64,000 nt of DNA from assembly GCA_965204735.1 (NCBI GenBank), contig OZ242008.1, forward strand, positions 928,001-992,000, given 5' to 3'. The first letter of the stretch is position 1. Each line of letters opens with the position of its first letter. The stretch is from Longimicrobiales bacterium. GTDB taxonomy: Bacteria; Gemmatimonadota; Gemmatimonadetes; Longimicrobiales; Gaopeijiaceae. This document shows positions 29,486 to 39,017 of the stretch, in pieces. Both the position numbers and the translations under genes were made by a program. Below the pieces are notes generated by a model. The model made no database searches and was not told where the DNA came from. It saw only the letters and a program-made list of their open reading frames with translations.

Positions 29486-30292
29486 ATGCACTCCTCTTGC
29501 CGCCCAGTCCCCGCCGTCCTCCTTCTGGTGTCGGTGGCCGCTCCCCTGCCGGGGTGTTCGGGCAATGGGGCCTCGACCGGCTCCCAGGCCTCCCAAGCGC
29601 CCCTCGTCCGGATGCTTTCCGACGGCAGCGCCGTGTTCGGGATCTTCCCCGGCGACGCGACGCCCGCGGACGGCGCCGAGCGGGGCCGCAACCGGGAGGT
29701 GGACTTCGTCTTCTACTCGCTGGAGTCGGGGCCCTTCGACATCGAGGCGATGGCGGCCTTCCGGGCCGGGGTCGCCGAGGGCGCCGCGCCGGCGCCGCCG
29801 CATCCGCTCGTGCTCCGCGTGCCGCCGGTTCGGGACGGGGTGGAGCAGGCACGGGCGAACGTGGCCGTGGCGGTGGCGGCGGGAGTGGCCGGGGTCGTGT
29901 TCCCTCACGTGGAGTCGAGGGACGATGCGGCGGCCGCGGTGTCGTCGATGGGCGAGGGATCATGGCCGGGCAACCCCGGCGGGTCGCTGGCGACCATGCT
30001 GATCGTCGAGGACAGGGCCGGCGTCGAGCGGGTGGACGAGATCGTCGCCACCCCTGGCGTGAGCGTCGTCTTCGCCGGGCCGGGCGATCTTCGCCGAGCG
30101 TACGAAGGGGACATGGCCGCCGTCGAGGAGGCGATCCAGGCAGTGCTGGCGGCGTGCATGGCCCACGGCGTTCCGTGCGGGATCACCGCCGGGCCCGGCG
30201 ACGTCGGCCGCCGGATCGAAGAGGGCTTCCGCGTCTTCATCGTGAGCGACCCTGTCGCCGTGACCGTCGGACGGGCGGCCGCGGGGCGATAG
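29486..30292 (+). CDS. HpcH/HpaI aldolase/citrate-lyase family protein
   Basis: 'GVVFPHVES', 'LIVEDRAGVERVDEIVATPGV..FAGPGDL'; N-terminal lipoprotein-like signal ending LPGC. Confidence 0.8.
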   Translation: MHSSCRPVPAVLLLVSVAAPLPGCSGNGASTGSQASQAPLVRMLSDGSAVFGIFPGDATPADGAERGRNREVDFVFYSLESGPFDIEAMAAFRAGVAEGAAPAPPHPLVLRVPPVRDGVEQARANVAVAVAAGVAGVVFPHVESRDDAAAAVSSMGEGSWPGNPGGSLATMLIVEDRAGVERVDEIVATPGVSVVFAGPGDLRRAYEGDMAAVEEAIQAVLAACMAHGVPCGITAGPGDVGRRIEEGFRVFIVSDPVAVTVGRAAAGR

Positions 30293-30393
30293 CCCGAAGG
30301 GGGAGCCGGGCTTAGGCTGGACTTGGGCCGGAGGCGAATGCGCCGGCCCGCGCGCCTCTCCGCGCACGCACGCCCCAACGCCGGACCGAGCCA

Positions 30394-33219
30394 ATGGAAG
30401 TCCACCGCACACGTTCCCACGTCTCCCTGGCCGGCCGCGTCCGCCGGACCCTTCCACCGGGTTCCGTCCTTCTGGCGTGCGCCGCCCACGCCGTCGCCGC
30501 CGGGCCTGCGGCCGCCCATCTCGTCGCCGCCCATGTCGCCGCCGGGCCTGCGGCCGCGCATCTCGTCGCCGCCGACGCTGCCGTTCCATCCCGTCTCGGC
30601 ACTGCCCAAGCCGTCGCGGTCCAGCCCCAAGCCGTCGCGGTCCAACGCCAAGCCGCCCAATCGACCATTCCCTCGCCCGCCGAGTTCTTCGGCCACGAGA
30701 TGGGGGCGGACCGGAAGCTGGCCCGCTGGGACAAGCTTGTGGAGTACTACGAGCTCATCGCGGAGCGCAGCGACCGGGTTCAGGTCGTGCACATGGGACC
30801 GTCCACCCTGGGCGAGCCCTTCCTGTCGATCTTCGTGTCGTCGCCGGAGAACCTGGAGCGGCTTGCAGAGATCAAGCGCATGAACGCGGTCCTTCAGGAT
30901 CCCAGGGGACGCTCCCCGTCCGAGGTCGACGCGGCCGTGCGCGACGGCAAAGTGGTGTTCGTGCAGTCGTACGCGCTCCACTCCACGGAAGTGGCGGCAA
31001 GCCAGTCGGCGGCGGAGATCACCTACCTCTTCGCCACCCGCGACGACCCGGAGATCCGCCAGATACTCGACAACACCCTGTCGATCCTCATCCCCGCCTT
31101 CAACCCCGACGGCATCGGCATCGTCGCCGAATGGTACGACCGCTGGGTGGGGACCGAGTACGAAGGAGCGAGTCTCCCGGAGCTCTACCACCACTACATC
31201 GGCCACGACAACAACCGGGACGCCTTCATGCAGAACACTGTCGAGTCTCGCTACGGCGCCGAGATCCTCTTCCGGGAGTGGGTTCCGCAGGCGTACATCG
31301 ACCATCACCAGATGGGAGCGTACACGGCGCGCATCTACCTTCCGCCCTACGCCGAGCCGATCCGGCCCGAGGGCGACCCGCTGGTGTGGCGCGAGATGTC
31401 GTGGTACGGCGCCCACATGGCGTACCGCATGGAGGAAGCCGGCTTCGAGGGCACGGTGAACGCCGCCATCTACTCGGGCTGGGGGCACTTCGGATTCCAC
31501 TGGATTACGCCGTTTCACAACATTGCCGGAATGCTCACCGAGTCCGCCAGCGCCCGCTTGGCCACGCCGTTGTACGTGCACCCGGACCAGCTCCGGGGCT
31601 CGCGCCAGCTCCCCGAGTACGAGGCGCAGACGACCTTCCCCAACCCGTGGCGCGGAGGGTGGTGGCGAGTGCGCGACATTGTGGAGCGCCAGATCGTGGC
31701 CACGTTCTCGCCTCTGGAGATCGCCGCCAAGAACCGGGAAACCGTGCTTCGCAACGCGTACAACAAGGCGAGCCGCCAGATTCGGCGCGGGACGGAGGGC
31801 GACGTCAAGGCGTATGTGATCCCCGCCACTCAGCACGACCCCCTCACCATGAGGAAGATGGTGAACAAGTTGCTGCTGCAAGGCGTCGCCGTGGCGCGCG
31901 CGCCCTCCGAGTTCGTCCACGAGGGGCGGGTGTACGGCCCAGGCAGCTACGTCGTGTCCCTGGCGCAGCCGAAGCGCGGAGTGATCCGCTGGCTGCTCGG
32001 GCGCACCTTCTACCCGGACAACAGCTACACGCGCACGGCCGCCGGCGATCCGATCCGCCCCTACGACATGTCCGGCGACGTGATCGCCGAGTTCATGGGC
32101 GTTCGCGTGGACCCGGCGCACACGCCCGTGGAGGCGCCGCTGTCGGCCGTGGACGGGCCTGCGACTCCTGCCGGCGAGGTGTCCGCCGGCGCGGGCGGGT
32201 ACACCTTGGACGGCGCACTCAACGACGCCTTCAAGGCGGTGAACATGCTCTTCGACGCGGGGGTGGAGGTGCGCCGGGCGAGCCACCGCGACGCGGCAGG
32301 CGGCAGCGGCCCTGTCGAAGGTCGGGCCGGTCGCGAGGGGATGGTCGCAGGCGACTTCGTCGTCGGTTCCGACGCGCCGGAGCCTCTCCTTCGCCAAATC
32401 GCCGAGGCCACGGGCGTGGACTTCACCCCGTGGGACGGTGCCTCCGACGACCCGCCCGTCCATTCCATTGCCCGGCAGCGCATCGGCATGTACAAGCGCT
32501 ACTACGGCGGCAACATGGACGAGGGGTGGACCCGCTGGCTGCTGGAGGAGTTCGGCTTTTCCTACGCGAGCCTGCTCGACGACGAGATCGTGGCGGGCGA
32601 CCTCCACGATCGCTGGGACGTGATCGTCCTTCCCGCGGACAGCAAGGAGATGATGCTCGGCCCCACCGACGGGAGCGGGGGCGGCCGAGGCCCCGACCCG
32701 AGCGGCACGCCGCCCGACTACCGCAGCGGCTTCGGCCAAGCCGGGGCGGAAGCGCTGGAAGCCTTCGTCGAGAACGGAGGAACGCTGGTCACCTTCGCCC
32801 AGGCCGGCCAACTCGTGCTCGACGAGTTCGACGTGCCCGTCCGCAACGCCGTCGCGGGGATGTGGGGAAACGAGTTCTGGGCGCCGGGCTCCACGCTTCG
32901 CGCAAGGGTGGACACGTCCAGCCCCTTCGCCTACGGGATGCCGGAAGACGCCCTGGCGACCTACTTGGCGGGCGGCCAGGTCTACGAGACGGTTCCGGGG
33001 GCGCGAAGCGCCGACGTCCGACGCATCGTTACCTACGTGGACCGCGACATCCTCCAGAGCGGGTGGCTCCTCGGGGAAGACGCAATAGCCGGAAAGGCCG
33101 CCATGGTGTCGGTCGCCCACGGCGAGGGCACGATCGTCATGATCGGATTCCGCGCCCAGCACCGCGCCCAGACCCACGGCACCTTCAAGCTCTTCTTCAA
33201 CGCGCTTGTGGGGCGCTGA
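30394..33219 (+). CDS. M14 family zinc carboxypeptidase
   Basis: Zn motif 'LHSTE', 'NPDG', 'HDNNRD', 'DHHQMG'; C-terminal class-I GATase-like domain. Start is uncertain because the N-terminus is repetitive. Confidence 0.88.
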   Translation: MEVHRTRSHVSLAGRVRRTLPPGSVLLACAAHAVAAGPAAAHLVAAHVAAGPAAAHLVAADAAVPSRLGTAQAVAVQPQAVAVQRQAAQSTIPSPAEFFGHEMGADRKLARWDKLVEYYELIAERSDRVQVVHMGPSTLGEPFLSIFVSSPENLERLAEIKRMNAVLQDPRGRSPSEVDAAVRDGKVVFVQSYALHSTEVAASQSAAEITYLFATRDDPEIRQILDNTLSILIPAFNPDGIGIVAEWYDRWVGTEYEGASLPELYHHYIGHDNNRDAFMQNTVESRYGAEILFREWVPQAYIDHHQMGAYTARIYLPPYAEPIRPEGDPLVWREMSWYGAHMAYRMEEAGFEGTVNAAIYSGWGHFGFHWITPFHNIAGMLTESASARLATPLYVHPDQLRGSRQLPEYEAQTTFPNPWRGGWWRVRDIVERQIVATFSPLEIAAKNRETVLRNAYNKASRQIRRGTEGDVKAYVIPATQHDPLTMRKMVNKLLLQGVAVARAPSEFVHEGRVYGPGSYVVSLAQPKRGVIRWLLGRTFYPDNSYTRTAAGDPIRPYDMSGDVIAEFMGVRVDPAHTPVEAPLSAVDGPATPAGEVSAGAGGYTLDGALNDAFKAVNMLFDAGVEVRRASHRDAAGGSGPVEGRAGREGMVAGDFVVGSDAPEPLLRQIAEATGVDFTPWDGASDDPPVHSIARQRIGMYKRYYGGNMDEGWTRWLLEEFGFSYASLLDDEIVAGDLHDRWDVIVLPADSKEMMLGPTDGSGGGRGPDPSGTPPDYRSGFGQAGAEALEAFVENGGTLVTFAQAGQLVLDEFDVPVRNAVAGMWGNEFWAPGSTLRARVDTSSPFAYGMPEDALATYLAGGQVYETVPGARSADVRRIVTYVDRDILQSGWLLGEDAIAGKAAMVSVAHGEGTIVMIGFRAQHRAQTHGTFKLFFNALVGR

Positions 33220-33233
33220 AGAACCGGCTCCGC

Positions 33234-34403
33234 ATGCCCAAGGTCAGCCCGGAAGTGCTTCGGTGGGCCAGGACGACCGCCGGATTCCGACTCGACGAAG
33301 CCGCCCGCCGACTTGGGCTCGCTGAAGCACGGGGAATCGAGCCCGTGGACCGCTTGCACGCGCTGGAGGTCGGGGACGACGTTCCCACCCGCGCGATGCT
33401 GTCGAAGATGGCCCGCCAGTATCGTAGACCGCTGGCAGCGCTCTACCTGCCGAAGCCCCCACCAAAGGGAAGACGGGCTCACGATCTCCGATCCCCCGCA
33501 ACTAATCGCTCTACTGCCGACGACGCGAGGCTGGACGCGCTGATCCGCGACGCCAAGACCCGACAAGCGCTGCTCAAGTCGGCAATGCTTGACGTGGACG
33601 AAGCCAAGGCCTTGCCCTTCGTGGGCTCCGTGCACATGGACGACGGAGCGTCCGCCGTCTTGGCGTCGATTCGACAGACGTTGCGCATGCCACTTGACGA
33701 ATACCGACAAGCCTCCAGTATCGACGAGGCGTTTCGCAGGCTCCGCGGCCGGGTAGAAGCCGCAGGCATATTCGTGGTTCTGCTTGGAGACCTCGGCAGC
33801 CACCACACTCGCTTCGAGGCCGATCTCTTCCGCGGATTATGTTTGGCTGATCACATGTTGCCGTTTGTGGTGCTCAATCCAAACGACCACCGTAGTGCTT
33901 GGCCTCTGACGCTGTTGCACGAGCTGGCGCACCTGTGGCTTGGACAAACCGGCGTGAGCGGCGGCCTGCCGGAACGATCGGTAGAGAAGTTCTGCAACAG
34001 AGTCGCTTCCGAGTACTTGCTGCCCTCGGAGGAACTGTCCGCTTCGGACTTGCCCGTGCAGGGAAGTTCTTGCGACTTGACGGATTCTGTTGCAGAATAC
34101 GCCCGGGATCGACACGTGAGTGGATCCATGGTAGCCTATCGCTTGCACTTGCAAGGTGCTTTGGACCGGGAGACTTGGCTCAAGCTGGCCCGCCACTATG
34201 CGAAGGCTTGGCGCAGAGGTGATGAACAAGCACGCCAACGGGAGACAGCTGTCAATTACTACGTGGTTCGCAAGCATCGCTTAGGCACTAGGCTTGTCGA
34301 GACGACAAGCCGTCTGCTGGCCGCCGAAGCACTGACGACGACCAAGGCGGCTCGTATCCTCGGCACGAGCCCCAAGGTCGCGCACAGAGTCTGCGACCAC
34401 TGA
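33234..34403 (+). CDS. XRE HTH + ImmA/IrrE (DUF955) metallopeptidase
   Basis: 'PEVLRWAR..G..LDEAA' HTH; 'TLLHELAHLWLG' HExxH; 'EKFCNRVASEYLLP'. Confidence 0.88.
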   Translation: MPKVSPEVLRWARTTAGFRLDEAARRLGLAEARGIEPVDRLHALEVGDDVPTRAMLSKMARQYRRPLAALYLPKPPPKGRRAHDLRSPATNRSTADDARLDALIRDAKTRQALLKSAMLDVDEAKALPFVGSVHMDDGASAVLASIRQTLRMPLDEYRQASSIDEAFRRLRGRVEAAGIFVVLLGDLGSHHTRFEADLFRGLCLADHMLPFVVLNPNDHRSAWPLTLLHELAHLWLGQTGVSGGLPERSVEKFCNRVASEYLLPSEELSASDLPVQGSSCDLTDSVAEYARDRHVSGSMVAYRLHLQGALDRETWLKLARHYAKAWRRGDEQARQRETAVNYYVVRKHRLGTRLVETTSRLLAAEALTTTKAARILGTSPKVAHRVCDH

Positions 34404-34411
34404 GTGTTGTT

Positions 34412-34538
34412 GTGCGTTAGCTGCTCGATGCGAATGTCTTGATTGATGCCAATCGGGACTACTACCCGATGAATCGGGTGCCCGAATTCTGGGAAGTGGC
34501 TTGCGCACCAGGGTCGGAAAGGAGTCATCAAGATACCC
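34412..34538 (+). pseudogene. Truncated DUF4411 (PIN-like) partner gene remnant
   Basis: Reads 'VR*LLDANVLIDANRDYYPMNRVPEFWE', then after a +1 frameshift 'WLAHQGRKGVIKIP', then ends at the convergent amidase gene. Confidence 0.78.
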
Positions 34539-34554
34539 TGCGCTGCATCGGCAA

Positions 34555-36300
34555 CTACAGCGTCGGCGGCCTCCGCTGGTGCCAGTCGCTGCTCTGCTGG
34601 AAGGCGTGGGCAACGCTGAGCAGCTTGTCGTCCGCGAAGAGGGCGCCGATCAGCGTGGTCGTCAGGGGCATTTCGGTCGGATTGTCCGCGTCGGGGTTGC
34701 GTACGCCGAAGTCGTAGGGGACGACGACTGCCGGATGACCGGTTTGGTTGGTCAGGCCCACGAGACCGGAGCCGCTGACGAACATGTCGAAGTCGTCCAT
34801 GACCTCGGCCATGCGCTTCATGACGACCAAGCGCCGGCGCTGCGACTGGACGAACTCCAACGCGCCCACCTGGCGACCGCCGCGGAACCGGCCGCGGCGA
34901 CGACGCTGCGCCTCGTCCAGGTCGTCGGGGAGGGGCTCGGGCTCGCCGTTCCTTGCGACATGGAAGTCGAATGCGGCGGCGGACTCGACGCTGAGCGCGT
35001 TGGAGCGGCCGTCGGGGAGTTCGGGCATGGGGCGCAGCTCGGCGCCGAGAGCCCGCAGCTGCTCCAGGAACGACTCCGGGGCGTCCTCGGTCCAGCCGAT
35101 GCGCAGTGCCGCGAACTCCGGCGCCGGGTCGAAGCGGAACGGGGTCGTCAAGGACCCGGGGTCCTTCTCGTCGGCCCCGTGGATCGCGTTGAAGACGAGA
35201 GCGCAGTCGAGCGCGCTTCGGCACATCGGTCCCGTCTTGTCCATGCTCCACGAGAGCACCATGCCGCCGTACCGGCTGACCCGACCAAAGGTGGGTCGCA
35301 GAGCCGTCAACCCGCACCGGCGGGAGGGCGACACAATGGACCCCTGGGTCTCCGTGCCGATGGCGAAGGCGACGCAGCCCGCCGCCGTCGCGGAGCCGGG
35401 ACCTGCCGAGGAGCCGCTGGAGCCCTCGTCGAGGTTCCACGGATTCAAGGTCCGTCCGCGGTACCAGCGGTCGCCCCGAGCGAACTCCCCGGTCGCCAGC
35501 TTGGCCGCCAGCACGGCGCCGGCGTTCCGCAGCCGGCGGGCGACCTCCGAGTCCTCGCGAGTGAACCGGGTCCGAAAGTCGGCGGCGCCCCACGTGGTGC
35601 GGGTGCCGGACGCGGCGAAGAGGTCCTTCAGGCCGTAGGGAATGCCGTGGAGCGGGCCGCGCCACCTGCCCTCGCGGCTCTCGGCGTCGGCTTGGCGGGC
35701 TTCCTCCTGGGCCCGGCCTTCGAGAATGGTCACTGCGCAGAGGAGGATCGGGTCCAGGCGCTTGAGGCGGTCCAGGTACACGCTGGTCAGCTCCTCCGAC
35801 GTGACCACTCGCTCCCGGATCAGGGCCGCCTGGCGGTGCACCGGAAGGAACGCCAACTCCCGCTCGGTGGAGGGAGCCGGCCCCGTCCATGGTTCGATGG
35901 GCACTTCGGTCCGCTCGAAGGGGTTGCCGCCGGCCTCCTGCCAAAGCTTCTCCAAGAGGGCGCCGGTGCCCCCCGGGTACGCCTGGAAGTGCAGGGCAGG
36001 GGGTTCGCCGTTGCCCAGCTGCACGAGCGGCGCCTCTTGGGGGTGCGGGACGGACGCGAACCCCGCATCGGTGGTCGCGGGCCGGTCTCGTTCGATCGAG
36101 ATGGCAGGCGAACCCGGGGTCCCCAGCGCGTCCGAGGCCAGAGCGCCCGTCGTCGCCGCCGCGGCAACCTTCAAGAATCCGCGACGCTCGACTGTAGGTG
36201 CCTCTCGGGGCGGGGGCGGGCGGTCGCGGTCGCGATCTGCGCGACGGCCGGGGTTTCCGATGCCCTGCCGTCCGTTGGAGTCGTTGCGGCCCACGCTCAT
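34555..36300 (-). CDS. Amidase-signature family enzyme with a Tat signal
   Basis: 'RRGFLK' Tat motif; 'GPLHGIPYGLKD', 'GSSGSSAG', 'IGTETQGSI'. Confidence 0.9.
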   Translation of the reverse strand: MSVGRNDSNGRQGIGNPGRRADRDRDRPPPPREAPTVERRGFLKVAAAATTGALASDALGTPGSPAISIERDRPATTDAGFASVPHPQEAPLVQLGNGEPPALHFQAYPGGTGALLEKLWQEAGGNPFERTEVPIEPWTGPAPSTERELAFLPVHRQAALIRERVVTSEELTSVYLDRLKRLDPILLCAVTILEGRAQEEARQADAESREGRWRGPLHGIPYGLKDLFAASGTRTTWGAADFRTRFTREDSEVARRLRNAGAVLAAKLATGEFARGDRWYRGRTLNPWNLDEGSSGSSAGPGSATAAGCVAFAIGTETQGSIVSPSRRCGLTALRPTFGRVSRYGGMVLSWSMDKTGPMCRSALDCALVFNAIHGADEKDPGSLTTPFRFDPAPEFAALRIGWTEDAPESFLEQLRALGAELRPMPELPDGRSNALSVESAAAFDFHVARNGEPEPLPDDLDEAQRRRRGRFRGGRQVGALEFVQSQRRRLVVMKRMAEVMDDFDMFVSGSGLVGLTNQTGHPAVVVPYDFGVRNPDADNPTEMPLTTTLIGALFADDKLLSVAHAFQQSSDWHQRRPPTL

Positions 36301-36313
36301 CCTCTCCCGGCTT

Positions 36314-36592
36314 CTATCCGCCCGAGACGGCTTGCATGAACAGCACCGTGTCGCCCTCGGCCACCGGCCCGTCCCATCCGTCCATCCATCGGGTGTTCAC
36401 GCCGTTGTGGAAGCACAGCACGTGCTCCCGGAACCGCCCCGACTCGTCGAAGAGGTGGGGCTTGAGGCGTGGTTCCCGGCGAACCAAGTCGCCGAAGACG
36501 TCCCGAAGCGTGTCGCCCGAAGCCGACATCTCCCGAACGCCGCCGGTGACGGGCTCGAGCAGCGAGGGCAGGGCAATGGTCACCGAGGCCAT
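36314..36592 (-). CDS. MoaD/ThiS family ubiquitin-like sulfur carrier
   Basis: 92 aa ending 'QAVSGG'; the ATG overlaps the upstream TGA (TGATG). Confidence 0.88.
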   Translation of the reverse strand: MASVTIALPSLLEPVTGGVREMSASGDTLRDVFGDLVRREPRLKPHLFDESGRFREHVLCFHNGVNTRWMDGWDGPVAEGDTVLFMQAVSGG

Positions 36593-37680
36593 CACCCGCT
36601 CCACGCCGACACGTGGAGGATTCGCGGCAAGTGGACGGGCAGGTTGATCCAGCTTTCCCCCAAGTCGGCGCTGGCGTGCACGGTGCCGGCCGTGGTGCCC
36701 ATGTAGACGCCGTCCGGGTCCACGTTGTCGACGCACATGGCGCCCCGCAGGACCGTGCCCCAGGCATGGGCCGACGGCAGCCCGGCGGACGCGGAGTGCC
36801 AGCTGTCGCCCCGGTCGGTGCTGCGGAATACCTGAAGGGCGCCGCCGGCGGGCACCCGGTGCTCGTCGCTCTCTTGGGGCACGGCGAAGAGCGCTCGGCC
36901 TCCGGCGTCGACGACGAGGGGAAAGCCGAACGCGGAAGGCAGGCCGTCTTCGTTGCGCTCCCAGAACTCCCCCCCGTCGGCGCTCCGATACATGCCCGAG
37001 TGGTCCTGCCGGTAGAGGCGGTTCGGGTCGGCGGGATCCTGGGCCAAGCCGTGCACGCAGCTGCCGATCTCCTTGTGCTCCTTGTCTTCCAGAACCGTCG
37101 ACACGCCCCGGTTCTTGGGAATCCACGCGGCGCCGCCGTCGTCGGTGCGGAAGACGCCGACTGCCGAGATGCCGCACCACATCCGTTTCGGGTCGTCCTC
37201 GCTGAAGAGGAGGGCGTGGCAGCAGAGGCCGCCGGCGCCGGGCATCCATCCGCCGCGGGTCTCGTGGTCGTTCAGCCCGGGCACGGGCGCCCACTTCCGC
37301 CCGCCGTTGGCGCTGGCGAAGAGGCCCGCGTCCTGCACTCCGGCGTAGAGGACGCCCCGGTTCTCCTTCAGGGTCCACACCTGCCGGAGCCGTCGGTCGC
37401 CCCCGTCGGCGTACGCCGGTCCCTCGGCAACCTGCTCCCACTGATCCGGGCCCGGAACCGCGCCTCCCACCGTCGCCGCGCGCCCGTCCCGAGTCGAGTA
37501 CAGCGCCGGCCCGTAGATGTCGCTGGCGACTGCGGCCATGAAGCGCCCGTCGCTCAGCCGAACTCCCGCCGTGACCTTCCATCCCTTGAAGAACGGCCCC
37601 GTCACGTCCCACTCGCGCCGGTCCCGGCTCGTGAGCCAGAACCCGCCTTTCGCAGTCCCCACCAAGAGTCGCGCGCTCAT
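36592..37680 (-). CDS. BNR/Asp-box (sialidase-like) beta-propeller protein
   Basis: 'LLVGTAKG' and repeated Asp-boxes (SANGGRKW, TDDGGAAW, SADGGEFW, STDRGDSW, SADLGESW); no signal peptide. Confidence 0.85.
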   Translation of the reverse strand: MSARLLVGTAKGGFWLTSRDRREWDVTGPFFKGWKVTAGVRLSDGRFMAAVASDIYGPALYSTRDGRAATVGGAVPGPDQWEQVAEGPAYADGGDRRLRQVWTLKENRGVLYAGVQDAGLFASANGGRKWAPVPGLNDHETRGGWMPGAGGLCCHALLFSEDDPKRMWCGISAVGVFRTDDGGAAWIPKNRGVSTVLEDKEHKEIGSCVHGLAQDPADPNRLYRQDHSGMYRSADGGEFWERNEDGLPSAFGFPLVVDAGGRALFAVPQESDEHRVPAGGALQVFRSTDRGDSWHSASAGLPSAHAWGTVLRGAMCVDNVDPDGVYMGTTAGTVHASADLGESWINLPVHLPRILHVSAWSG

Positions 37681-37756
37681 CCCTGTCCCCCTGTGCCATT
37701 CCTTCCGCCCCGAGCGGCGGTCGGGAGAGAAGATACGACCAAGCCGTCCGTCGCGG

Positions 37757-38938
37757 CTATTGCGAGGCCCGCGCCATCACGTCCTCGACGACGGCGCAGG
37801 CGAACGCCCGCTGCTCGGCCGTGATCGTGGGGTGGACTGGGAACGTCAAGCACGTCTCGCTCACTTGCTTGGCGTTGGGCAAGCGCCGACCGGGCCGCCA
37901 CCCCGTCCCGTCGAAGGCGGCTTCGCGGTAGATCTCGGGGCAGATGTCCTTGTAGGAGCAAGGAACCCCCGCGGAGCTGATCTCGGCGACCACCCGGTTC
38001 CGGTTCCAGCCGGCCGCCAACCGCTCGGGCCGCACGAAGGCGTGCCAGCGGTAGTACGCGTGGCGGACGTGCTTGGGAACCGCCGGAACCCGCATGGCGT
38101 CGAACTGCCTGCAAGCGCTTGCCAGCGCGTCGGCGTTGCGCGTGCGCGCAACGGACCACTCGGCCATGCGGCGCAGCTGGAGCCGCCCCAGGGCCGACTG
38201 CATCTCCGTCAGTCGCCAGTTGGTGCCGAAGGAGTCGTGAACCCAGCGGAAGCCCGGCGGATGCGGCCGGTCGAAGACCGCCTCCCACGACTTGCCATGG
38301 TCCTTGTACGACCAAGCCGCGTCCCAGAGGCTCCGATCGCTGGTGGTGACCATCCCGCCTTCGCCGCCCGTCGTCATGATCTTGTCCTGGCAGAACGACC
38401 ACGCGGCGACGTCGCCGATCCCGCCCACGCTCCGCCCGCGGTAGCGCGCGCCGTGAGCCTGGGCGCAGTCCTCCACCACGACGGCCCCCCGATCCCGCGC
38501 CAGCTTCGCGATGGGGTCCATCTCGCACGGCCAGCCGGCCAAGTGGACGCACACGACCGCGCGGGTTCGGGACGTCCAGGCCGCCTCCACGGAACCGGGG
38601 GTGAAGTTCTGGGAATCGAGGTCGATGTCGGCGAACACCGGCCGCGCTCCCACGTTCACGATGCAGCTTGCGGACGCGATGAAGGACCGGGGCGTGACGA
38701 TCACGTCGTCGCCCTCTCCGACGCCCGCGACGCGCAGGGCCAACTCGAGGGCCACGGTGCCGTTCGCCACGGCAACGGCGTGGTCGGCGCCCGCGAACGC
38801 CGCGAACTCCTTCTCGAAGGCCCGGCCTTCCTCTCCGGTCCAGTAGTTCACGCGGTTGGACCGCAGGACCCGGGCGGCGGCCCGAACCTCTTCCTCGCCG
38901 TAGCAGGGCCAGGGTGCGAAGGTCGGCTGCGCAATCAC
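37757..38938 (-). CDS. DegT/DnrJ/EryC1/StrS family sugar aminotransferase
   Basis: 'NGTVALELAL', 'EDCAQAHGA', PLP lysine 'SFCQDKIMTTGGEGG', 'GTNWRLTEMQ'. Probable GTG start. Confidence 0.92.
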   Translation of the reverse strand: MIAQPTFAPWPCYGEEEVRAAARVLRSNRVNYWTGEEGRAFEKEFAAFAGADHAVAVANGTVALELALRVAGVGEGDDVIVTPRSFIASASCIVNVGARPVFADIDLDSQNFTPGSVEAAWTSRTRAVVCVHLAGWPCEMDPIAKLARDRGAVVVEDCAQAHGARYRGRSVGGIGDVAAWSFCQDKIMTTGGEGGMVTTSDRSLWDAAWSYKDHGKSWEAVFDRPHPPGFRWVHDSFGTNWRLTEMQSALGRLQLRRMAEWSVARTRNADALASACRQFDAMRVPAVPKHVRHAYYRWHAFVRPERLAAGWNRNRVVAEISSAGVPCSYKDICPEIYREAAFDGTGWRPGRRLPNAKQVSETCLTFPVHPTITAEQRAFACAVVEDVMARASQ

Positions 38939-39017
38939 GTCGTGTCGTCTGTCATGGTTGGCTCCGGCCGGGCCGACGGAGGTGGCCCGCGGGGATGGTC
39001 TGGACCAAGTTGGCGAA

